A DNA stretch of 64,000 nucleotides from Negativicutes bacterium (GTDB taxonomy: Bacteria > Bacillota > Negativicutes > UBA1444), in contig CAXXIN010000016.1 of assembly GCA_963665275.2 (NCBI GenBank), positions 256,001 to 320,000 on the forward strand. The letters run 5' to 3'. Made by a program: the position numbers and the translations under genes. Shown here piece after piece: positions 55,993 to 64,000 of the stretch. Position 1 is the first letter of the stretch, and every line of letters starts with the position of its first letter. The notes below the pieces were generated by a model, which had not been told where the DNA came from, ran no database searches, and worked only from the letters and a program-made list of their open reading frames with translations.

Positions 55993-57105
55993 ATGGCAAT
56001 GATAGGTGATTTTACTTTTTTTGCACCGACGAAGATTGTTTTTGGTAAGGGTTGTGTCCAGAAAAACAAAGACAGCATAACCAAGTTTGGCAAAAAGGCT
56101 TACATCATTACCTATAATATTCCGGGCAAGCATTATGCCCTGGACGATGTAAAGGCGATTTTTGACGAGGCCGGTATTGCGTACATCGTGGATACCGATA
56201 TTGAAGAAAATCCTTCGATGGAAACTGTAGAAAGAGCTGCAAACATCGGCAAAAAAGCCAAAGTTGATTTTATGGTGGGTATCGGCGGAGGGTCTCCGAT
56301 CGATGCAGCGAAAGCTATTGGTGTGTTGATTCAGAATCCGGATAAATCTGCGGTCGACTTGTTTGCAGGCGAGCAACTAAAAAGTCTTCCGCTGCTGGCC
56401 ATTCCCACAACTGCCGGGACGGGCGCGGAGGTTGCCCATTGGGCTGTGCTGACCAGAAACGACATTGGCACAAAACAAGCAATCAGTCCCAGGATTTTTC
56501 CGGACATCGCCTTTGTCGATGCCGACTATCTGATGAAAATGCCCATTCGCCTGACCCGCGCGACGGCGCTCGACGCGCTGTGCCATAATATTGAATCCTA
56601 TGTGTCAACTGCCGGCAACTATTTTTCCCGATCTATTTGTGAGATTGCCTTTCGACTTTTCTCCGAATGCGTAGAGGCGATGAAGAAAGATGATTATACC
56701 TACGAAATTCGGGAGAAGCAGATGCTGATTTCCGTAATCGGTGGGTTGGTTAATACACAGACCGGTAGTTGTCTCCCGCATGGTATGAGTTATGCGTTGA
56801 CCCATAATAAAAAGATTCCTCACGGCTTGGCCTGCGCACTACTGGAAAAAGAATATCTGGCGATCTTTAAAAATACGGAAAAGATTGACAGGATTATGAC
56901 ATTGACAGGCTTTAGCAGCTTAAACGAATTCGGAGCCTTTATTGACAGCCTTTTGGAGTTGAATATCAAGGTTACCGAAGAAGAAATGGAAGAGTACGCG
57001 ACCGATTTCGCCGCGCAAAAGCACCGCTTTACAAGGCATCCTGAACCTGCCGGAAAAGCAGAGGTTTTGCAAATCTACCGAAATAGTTTGCTCAAGTATA
57101 ACTAA
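55993..57105 (+). CDS. Iron-containing (family III) alcohol dehydrogenase
   Basis: GGGSPIDAAK, PTTAGTG, DALCH.IE, HGM, HGLA. Confidence 0.9.
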   Translation: MAMIGDFTFFAPTKIVFGKGCVQKNKDSITKFGKKAYIITYNIPGKHYALDDVKAIFDEAGIAYIVDTDIEENPSMETVERAANIGKKAKVDFMVGIGGGSPIDAAKAIGVLIQNPDKSAVDLFAGEQLKSLPLLAIPTTAGTGAEVAHWAVLTRNDIGTKQAISPRIFPDIAFVDADYLMKMPIRLTRATALDALCHNIESYVSTAGNYFSRSICEIAFRLFSECVEAMKKDDYTYEIREKQMLISVIGGLVNTQTGSCLPHGMSYALTHNKKIPHGLACALLEKEYLAIFKNTEKIDRIMTLTGFSSLNEFGAFIDSLLELNIKVTEEEMEEYATDFAAQKHRFTRHPEPAGKAEVLQIYRNSLLKYN

Positions 57106-57166
57106 TGTAATTTGAGCTGTTCGGTCCAATATAGAAGCAACAATTATGTAGAAGGGGAGAAATATT

Positions 57167-58591
57167 ATGGCAAAAGAAATCAACAAAGGACTCACACCGG
57201 TACAACAGGAAGAATTGGATCAAGTTTTTGAAAAGGCGCGCGCCGCCGCAGCGGTGATTGCGACCTACGATCAGGCAAAAGTGGATCGCTTGTGTCAGGC
57301 GGTGGCCTGGTCGGTTGCAAACAAAAAAACATTTTCGAATCTGGTTGCGATGGGGATCGAGGAAAGTGGCTTGGGAGATCCCGTCAGTCGCATGGGGAAA
57401 CGGATGAAAATCCGCGGGATTCTGCGGGACGCGCTGCGTCAAAAAAGCGTCGGAATTATCGAAGAAATTCCCGAAAAGGGTCTCGTAAAATATGGCAAGC
57501 CTGTGGGGATCATTGCGTCCATCATCCCGACCACCAACCCGGATTTAACACCGGCGGGAAATGCGGTTTACGGGATCAAAGCGCGCAATGCCCTGATATT
57601 CTCTCCACATCCCCGGTCGAAAAAGACTTCTTTTGAAACGGTGCGGCTCATGCGGGAAGCGCTTGAACGGGAAGGCGCTCCGGCCGATATCGTCCAGTGT
57701 CTGCAAAACGTCAATATTCCAATGTCTCAAGCTTTGATGGCTAGGGCTGATCTGGTATTGGCTACGGGTGGACAGCCGATGGTTCGCGCTGCTTATTCGT
57801 CAGGTACGCCTGCTTATGGTGTGGGCGCAGGAAACTCCACCATGGTCATTGACGAGACCGCCAATATTGAGGAAGCGGCTCAAAATTCGATGCTTAGCAA
57901 GACCTCCGATTTCGGTTCCGGTTGTTCGGCGGATGGGAATCTAATTATTTCTGCCGCTATTTTTGACAAAATGGTTAAACAACTTGAAAAAGTTGGTGGT
58001 TATGTTGCTTCGGAAGCTGAAAAAGCGAAACTCAAAGTCGTTATGTGGGATGAGGAAGGGCATCGCCTAGGCGATACTGTGGCGATTGCTCCCCAAAAAC
58101 TGGCTGAAATCGCCGGCTTTTCCATTCCGGCAGACCGCAAGTTTATCATCGTTTATGGGGATGGGATCGGCAAAGAATATCCTTTCTCGGGAGAAAAATT
58201 GACCACGCTCATGGCTGTTTACAAATACAACGGCGGATTCGAGAATGCCGTTAAGATGATGCAGGCGATCTATGAGGTGGGCGGTAAAGGCCATTCCTGC
58301 GGTATTTATTCCTTTAACGAGGAACATATTCACCAGCATGCGCTTGCAGCCCCCGTTAGCCGGATCATGGTGCGCCAGCCGCAGTCCAAAGCCAATGCCG
58401 GGGCCTTCAACAACGGTATGCCCATGACATCCAGTCTGGGTTGCGGCACCTGGGGAGGCAATATCATTTCCGAAAATATCAGTTTGAAACACTATATGAA
58501 TACGACCTGGGTTTCGGTCCCAATTCCAGAGGATAAACCGTCCGATGCAGAGCTTTTCGGCGAGTTTTTTGATCCGGACATGGAAAAATAG
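57167..58591 (+). CDS. CoA-acylating aldehyde dehydrogenase (SauS-like clade)
   Basis: KPVG..P.TNP, ATGG..MVRAAYSSG.PAYGVGAGN, catalytic Cys in SGCSAD, GEKL, LGCGTWGGN. Confidence 0.85.
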   Translation: MAKEINKGLTPVQQEELDQVFEKARAAAAVIATYDQAKVDRLCQAVAWSVANKKTFSNLVAMGIEESGLGDPVSRMGKRMKIRGILRDALRQKSVGIIEEIPEKGLVKYGKPVGIIASIIPTTNPDLTPAGNAVYGIKARNALIFSPHPRSKKTSFETVRLMREALEREGAPADIVQCLQNVNIPMSQALMARADLVLATGGQPMVRAAYSSGTPAYGVGAGNSTMVIDETANIEEAAQNSMLSKTSDFGSGCSADGNLIISAAIFDKMVKQLEKVGGYVASEAEKAKLKVVMWDEEGHRLGDTVAIAPQKLAEIAGFSIPADRKFIIVYGDGIGKEYPFSGEKLTTLMAVYKYNGGFENAVKMMQAIYEVGGKGHSCGIYSFNEEHIHQHALAAPVSRIMVRQPQSKANAGAFNNGMPMTSSLGCGTWGGNIISENISLKHYMNTTWVSVPIPEDKPSDAELFGEFFDPDMEK

Positions 58592-58703
58592 AACACACAC
58601 CTTACTTCTATGAAAGGCGGATATCATATGTTTGAGGATATCCGTCTTTCTTTATGTGCTGACCTCAAGGTAAACAATACAAGATGAAAGAGGGGTACAC
58701 ACA

Positions 58704-60137
58704 ATGCCTGCGAATCATAGTGAAAGTGCTTTTGAACACATGCGAAAAAGTTTTGGTTTGCCACTGGCGATTATTGCCCTGTTGGTTGTTTGGTTCTTGC
58801 CTGCGCCTGCCGGGCTGTCATTGGTAGGGCAGCGTGCATTGGCTTTATTCGCCGGAATCTTTATTTTGTATTTAACGGAAGCGCTTCCGTTAGTTGTAAC
58901 CAGCATCGCGATTGTTCCGCTGGCGGTTCTGATGGGCGTCGTTAAAGTCGGACCAGGATTGGCTCCGTTTGCAGCCTCGTCGGTTTTTTTGATGTTTGGC
59001 GCTTTTGTTTTGGCGGCGGCTATGATAAAAACCAAGCTGGCGGAGCGGATTACTTATCTCATATTGAGTATTGTCGGCAGTTCAACGCTTCAAATTACGA
59101 TTGGAATTGTACTTGCCAATACAATATTATCCTTTCTGATTCCGTCCAGCACGGCCCGGACTGCAATACTATTGCCGGTTTGTATCAGCATTATTGCGTT
59201 ATTTAAACCAGAGGGCCGAACCAAATTCGGCGCCAATTTGCTGTTGACGTTAGCTTTTACGAACGCTACGATTAGCGCCGGCATTCTGACGGCTACCGTT
59301 CCGAATCCGGTTACGGTTGAATATATTCAAAAGGCGGGAGGTCCTGTCATTTCATACATTGAGTGGCTGAAAATTGGTTTTCCGCCTGCTGTGTTTATGA
59401 CAATTTTAACGTGGGCCTTTATCCAATTCGTATACAAGCCTGAACATAAAGAAATTCCTGGCGGCGCTGCCTATGTAAAAAATAGGCTCGAAGCCATGGG
59501 AAAAATGAATTATGATGAAAAATATACCCTTGCGATCTTTACTGGTGTGGTGGTGTTGTGGGCAACCGGAACGATAACTAAAATTGATACCACTACTGCT
59601 TGTTTGGTTGCGATAATTCCTTTGTTTTTGCCTAAAATTGGCGTCATGAGTTGGAAAGACGCTTCGCCGCATGTCAGTTATGATGTGCTGCTGATTACTG
59701 GCGGCGGCTTGTGTTTAGGCAGCCTGCTGATGAGCAGCGGCGCTGCCAAATGGATGGCGGCAGCTGCATTTGCAGCTTTTGGCTTAAAGGGAATGGCGGT
59801 GCTCCTGCTCCTCGTGGTGCTCATGTTTATTGTTCAATTCATGCACTTTGTCTTTGTCGGCACGACGGTTATGGCAACTGCCATGTTACCAATGGTTATC
59901 GCTCTAGGGGTTGAAGCGGGGCTGCCGCCGGCGGTGCTGGCGTTGCCAGCCGGTATGATCATCGGCGGCTATCCGATCCTGATGTTCTATTGTACCAATC
60001 CGAACGTGCTAGTATATGGAACAGGTCAATTAACAGTTGCCGATTTTCCGCGCGTGGGCATTCCGGTTTCGATTCTGGCCTGTATCGTATACGGACTTTG
60101 TGCGGCAACTTACTGGCGCTGGATCGGATTGTTTTAG
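58704..60137 (+). CDS. DASS/SLC13 divalent anion:sodium symporter
   Basis: TEALP, PSSTAR, LTATVPN, TNPN.LVYGTG; about 12 TM segments. Confidence 0.9.
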   Translation: MPANHSESAFEHMRKSFGLPLAIIALLVVWFLPAPAGLSLVGQRALALFAGIFILYLTEALPLVVTSIAIVPLAVLMGVVKVGPGLAPFAASSVFLMFGAFVLAAAMIKTKLAERITYLILSIVGSSTLQITIGIVLANTILSFLIPSSTARTAILLPVCISIIALFKPEGRTKFGANLLLTLAFTNATISAGILTATVPNPVTVEYIQKAGGPVISYIEWLKIGFPPAVFMTILTWAFIQFVYKPEHKEIPGGAAYVKNRLEAMGKMNYDEKYTLAIFTGVVVLWATGTITKIDTTTACLVAIIPLFLPKIGVMSWKDASPHVSYDVLLITGGGLCLGSLLMSSGAAKWMAAAAFAAFGLKGMAVLLLLVVLMFIVQFMHFVFVGTTVMATAMLPMVIALGVEAGLPPAVLALPAGMIIGGYPILMFYCTNPNVLVYGTGQLTVADFPRVGIPVSILACIVYGLCAATYWRWIGLF

Positions 60138-60150
60138 CTAAAGGACGTTG

Positions 60151-60198
60151 AAAACACCAAGCATTTCCGCTATTAGCGGGCGCGCTTGGTGTTTTTTT
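60151..60198 (+). terminator. Terminator after the DASS gene
   Basis: aaaacaccaagc...gcttggtgttttttt. Confidence 0.8.
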
Positions 60199-60307
60199 GA
60201 TCATTGAGTTCTGCATTATTGCATTTTCCAGGGATTCATTGGGGCAGGAGCAAAAAAGTGGTACAATACTATTACATAATTTTTCTTGATAGATATTCTG
60301 TGGCATT

Positions 60308-62812
60308 TTGGCGAATTGGAGGGGCAGGGCAGTGGTTGGGCTGGGAAAAATTTTCGCAAAGACGCTGCGGTCAACGTTGTGTAGAGTTATCATTGCCTTT
60401 GCCGTGCTAACCATTGCCGCGATATGGGCGGTTGCCTTGTCGAGAATCGAGTACGAACACCAGGCGGATATTCGCAACACCTTGCGTGCGAGCGAAAATC
60501 TTGCTGCGGCCTTTCAGGAGCATATCCAGCTTCATTTTGACCAAATCGACGAGACGCTGTTGTTCACGAAGCGGCAGTACGAGAAACAGGGTGTCGTCAC
60601 TGAAATGATTATTGAGCGGATGCAAAGCAAAATCTTCGTTCCGGCCATGAACCTGGCGATTATCGATCCGCAGGGAAATTTTCGGATGAGCCTGCTGGCG
60701 AATTCCCAAACCGTCAATGTGAGCGATCGGGAATTCTTCCAGACCCATAGAGTGAAAGACACCGGCAAGCTATATATATCGAAACCGGTTATCAATCGAT
60801 TTACCGGCAAGCCCGCTTTTCATTTGAGCCGGCGGATCAATCGGCCGGATGGCAGTTTTGACGGAGTCGTGGTCTGCGGGATAGATCCCCAATATTTTTC
60901 GGATTTTTACCGCGAGATGAAACTCGGATACAGTTATTCTGTCACTATCATCGGAATGGATGGCGTGGTTCGCGTGCGTCAGACTGCAAGTGGCATGGAG
61001 TCGGGACAGGATGTGTCGGCTTCCTCGAATTTTCGTCAGATGCAGGAAGCCCATTCAGGCTCTTACCTCAGCACTTCGGTTGTCGACTACCAACCGCGAC
61101 TCTTCAGTTATCACCACATGGAACGATATCCGCTGATCGTGCAGGTATCTGTTCTTGAGACAGAAGCGCTGGCGGACTTTCGGGAACGCGAAGTGAAATA
61201 TTTCCGGACCGCCGTATTTACCAGCGTGATCATTCTTTTGTTTTATGGCCTGTTGGTCTTTATGATCTTGAAACGAGAGCAACTTGCAGAAGTCCGACGT
61301 GAAAGCGAAGAACGTTTTGCCGGCGCTTTCGGCCATGCGCCGATCGGTATGGCGCTCATCTCCATTGAAAGGCGTTGGCTCAAGGTGAATGAGTGTCTGT
61401 GCCGGCTGCTCGGTTATGAGGAGTCGGAGCTTCTGGGCCGATCAGTCCTGGAGGTGACGCATCCAGATGACGTGAATGTCAATACAGAACTTCGGCTGCG
61501 GATGCTGGCCGACGAAATCGAAACCTACCGTGTGGAGAAGCGGTATTGCCATAAATCGGGCTTCGCAATTCCTTGCGTGCTGACGACATCACTAATACGG
61601 GATATACAAAAGCATCCGTTATATTTCGTTATCCAGGTGGAAGATGCCACCGCACGGATACAAGCGGAACAAAGGTCTATGTTGGAGAAAAAACGCTTGC
61701 AGGCCATTCTTCAGATAGCACAGATGGAAACAACCTCGGAAAAAGAATTGCTGGACCAGGCGCTGACTGCCATTATCGAGCTGTCGGTGAGTCAATTCGG
61801 CTATATCTATTATTATAGTGAAGAAACGCAAGAGTTTACGCTGCATGCTTGGTCGCAGGGGGTGATGGAAGCCTGCACCATGCCGAATCAACCCACACGG
61901 TATCAACTCGACAAGACCGGATTGTGGGGAGAAGCTGTGCGTCAACGTCAGCCGATCGTTGACAATGATTTTGCAATGCCGGATCTTCTGAAGAAAGGAT
62001 ATCCGCAAGGTCACGCGCCGCTGAAACGCTTTATGACGGCTCCGGTGTTCATTGACGGCAAAATAGTGGCCGTTGCCGGAGTGGCCAACAAGAAGGAAGC
62101 CTATACGGACCTGGATGTAAGCCAGTTGACGCTGATGATGGACTCGCTGTGGAATATCATTGAGCGTAGGCATGCGGAAGAAGCACTGCGGGAAGCAAAT
62201 GAGACCTTGGACCATAAGGTAAAAGAGCGCACACAGGAACTGGACACCGCGAATGAAAAACTGACGGAGCAGAATGAAGAACTGGAAGCGCTGAACGAAG
62301 AACTGCATCGACTGACACTGGCGGACGGGTTGACGGGCATCGCCAACCGGCGCTATTTTGACGAATATCTTGAACGGGCCTGGCGGACCGGGCAGCGGCA
62401 GCAAAAACCCCTGTCACTTATCATGGCTGATATCGATTTTTTCAAGCTCTATAATGATACCTATGGGCATCAGAGCGGCGACGACTGCCTGAAAACCGTT
62501 GCCGGCGTATTGGCAAAAAGCATCAAACGCGGCACGGACCTTGCGGCCCGTTACGGGGGTGAAGAGTTCGCCATTGTGTTGCCGGATACGGATTTGGCCG
62601 GAGCGGTGATTGTCGCCGAAAAAATCAGGAAACGGGTGGCGGACACGCAGATCGAAAACCGCGAAGCGCCTGGCCACTGGGTGACAATCAGTCTCGGCGC
62701 GGCATCCCTGCTGCCATCCGGCAGCGAATCGCCTTCCTCCTTGATCGCACTAGCGGATGCGGCCATGTATAAGGCGAAAAATGCGGGACGCAACCGCGTG
62801 ATGAGCAGCTAA
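60308..62812 (+). CDS. Diguanylate cyclase (dCache-PAS-GAF-GGDEF)
   Basis: TM-dCache (SDREFF)-TM, PAS (THPDD), GAF, DGLTG..NRR, RGTD I-site, GGEEF; start codon uncertain. Confidence 0.92.
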   Translation: MANWRGRAVVGLGKIFAKTLRSTLCRVIIAFAVLTIAAIWAVALSRIEYEHQADIRNTLRASENLAAAFQEHIQLHFDQIDETLLFTKRQYEKQGVVTEMIIERMQSKIFVPAMNLAIIDPQGNFRMSLLANSQTVNVSDREFFQTHRVKDTGKLYISKPVINRFTGKPAFHLSRRINRPDGSFDGVVVCGIDPQYFSDFYREMKLGYSYSVTIIGMDGVVRVRQTASGMESGQDVSASSNFRQMQEAHSGSYLSTSVVDYQPRLFSYHHMERYPLIVQVSVLETEALADFREREVKYFRTAVFTSVIILLFYGLLVFMILKREQLAEVRRESEERFAGAFGHAPIGMALISIERRWLKVNECLCRLLGYEESELLGRSVLEVTHPDDVNVNTELRLRMLADEIETYRVEKRYCHKSGFAIPCVLTTSLIRDIQKHPLYFVIQVEDATARIQAEQRSMLEKKRLQAILQIAQMETTSEKELLDQALTAIIELSVSQFGYIYYYSEETQEFTLHAWSQGVMEACTMPNQPTRYQLDKTGLWGEAVRQRQPIVDNDFAMPDLLKKGYPQGHAPLKRFMTAPVFIDGKIVAVAGVANKKEAYTDLDVSQLTLMMDSLWNIIERRHAEEALREANETLDHKVKERTQELDTANEKLTEQNEELEALNEELHRLTLADGLTGIANRRYFDEYLERAWRTGQRQQKPLSLIMADIDFFKLYNDTYGHQSGDDCLKTVAGVLAKSIKRGTDLAARYGGEEFAIVLPDTDLAGAVIVAEKIRKRVADTQIENREAPGHWVTISLGAASLLPSGSESPSSLIALADAAMYKAKNAGRNRVMSS

Positions 62813-64000
62813 TTGGCGGCGTATTCCTCGGTGTATAGCAGTGGAATCACGGCATATACGGCGGCGCAATTGACCAGCTCTTTTTTCCAGGTCCGTTCGT
62901 TGGGAGCGTGGGCCTGATCTTCGTGACCCGGACCGAACCCGATGCAGGGGATGCCGTAGCGGCCCATGATGGATACCCCATTCGTGGAGAATGTCCATTT
63001 ATCGACGATCGGGTTTATCTTGAACAACTTCTTATAGGACTCGACCGTTGCCTGGCAAATTGGATGATCTTCTTCAATCAACCAGGTTGGGAAGTAACAC
63101 TCCGTCGGATAAGCCAACTGCGTATAGGAGGGCCGTGCATATTGATACAGGGCGACCTCCGCCTGGGCGGCTTTTACCGAGGGCAGATTTTTGATCTGCT
63201 GCAGGGCATATTCGCCACTTTCACCGACCGTCAAACGCCTGTCGATGGAAATCCAGCAACTGTCAGCTACGGCGCAGCGAGACGGTGAAGTATGAAAAAT
63301 CTCTGAAACGGTCAGACTGCCCTTGCCCAAAAAAGCATGGTCAAGCAAATTCTCATGCAACGCCTTCAGCTCAGTCAGGATGCCGGCCATTTTATAGATC
63401 GCATTGTCGCCGCGCTCCGGCGCCGATCCGTGACAACTCAGCCCTTTGGTCGTCACCTTGATTTCCATGCGCCCTCTGTGGCCGCGGGTGATTTTGCCGT
63501 CGGTGGGTTCGGTCAGCACCACGAATTCGGGTTTTAACTTATCTTCGTTCAGGATGTATTGCCAGCAAAGTCCGTCACAGTCTTCTTCCTGGACCGAACC
63601 GACAACCACCAGCGTGTAGTCGCCTTCGAGCTGAAGATCTTTGATGATTTTGCCTGCATACACCATGGAGGCCATGCCGCCTTCCTGATCGCTGGCGCCC
63701 AGGCCGATGATGCTGTCGGAATCTTCGTGTCCCTGATAGGGATCATAGCTCCAGTTACCTGCGCTGCCGACGCCCACGGTATCGATATGCGCGTCCATGG
63801 CGATCACATGCTTCCCATGACCGATGGAGCCGAGAATGTTACCCATAGGGTCGATTTCGATTTTATCGAAGCCGACTTTTTCCATTTCTGCTTTGATGCG
63901 GCGGATGACGCCTTCCTCGTGTGTGCTTTCGCTGGGAATGGCAATCATATCCCGCAGGAACTTACTCATCTCCGGTTCATATTTTCGGGCCAGTTCCACC
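62809..64000 (-). CDS. ygeY: YgeY-family M20 hydrolase; 5' end probably lies beyond the window
   Basis: [51 protein letters not shown]. Confidence 0.88.
   Translation of the reverse strand, partial: VELARKYEPEMSKFLRDMIAIPSESTHEEGVIRRIKAEMEKVGFDKIEIDPMGNILGSIGHGKHVIAMDAHIDTVGVGSAGNWSYDPYQGHEDSDSIIGLGASDQEGGMASMVYAGKIIKDLQLEGDYTLVVVGSVQEEDCDGLCWQYILNEDKLKPEFVVLTEPTDGKITRGHRGRMEIKVTTKGLSCHGSAPERGDNAIYKMAGILTELKALHENLLDHAFLGKGSLTVSEIFHTSPSRCAVADSCWISIDRRLTVGESGEYALQQIKNLPSVKAAQAEVALYQYARPSYTQLAYPTECYFPTWLIEEDHPICQATVESYKKLFKINPIVDKWTFSTNGVSIMGRYGIPCIGFGPGHEDQAHAPNERTWKKELVNCAAVYAVIPLLYTEEYAAN

Noticed and set aside
1-64000. CRISPR array, rRNA, transposase or integrase
   Set aside because: No regularly spaced repeats or recombinase motifs found by eye.

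Overview
A chromosomal window from an anaerobic Firmicute, probably a Negativicute (Sporomusaceae-like); this is inferred from gene content, T-box regulation and sigma54 promoters. (1) 1-4050: right end of a visibly AT-rich island integrated at the 3' end of tRNA-Val(CAC). It carries a DUF4160 protein, a membrane-anchored HerA/DUF87 ATPase split by one frameshift, and a PD-(D/E)XK-like nuclease protein; together these are a candidate anti-phage module. (2) 4.2-28.3 kb: amino-acid and sulfur housekeeping genes: ggt-ybaK, two half-size TauE genes with a short metH, metA, yybP-ykoY riboswitch/UPF0016, dpp/opp ABC operon with M20 hydrolase, SpoVB-like flippase, AlaX, and T-box(Ser)-serC-serA-DUF1015. 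(3) 28.5-40.1 kb: a gamma-glutamyl region: a DUF6305/DctM-like transporter-M14 deacylase-GGT operon with two unannotated mini membrane proteins, hbd/crt, and an M14-pgsB-pgsC-pgsW poly-gamma-glutamate operon. (4) 45.1-60.2 kb: a lower-GC catabolic block: a sigma54-controlled HadBC/HadI-type 2-hydroxyacyl-CoA dehydratase cluster with an atypical family-I CoA transferase, and a LysR/Fe-ADH/acylating ALDH/DASS operon. Small gene relics (csrA-like, ilvD-like, aldo-keto-reductase tail) lie at block junctions. (5) A diguanylate cyclase and a truncated ygeY. No CRISPR array, rRNA, integrase or transposase was seen. All family calls come from motif recognition by eye; no database search was run.
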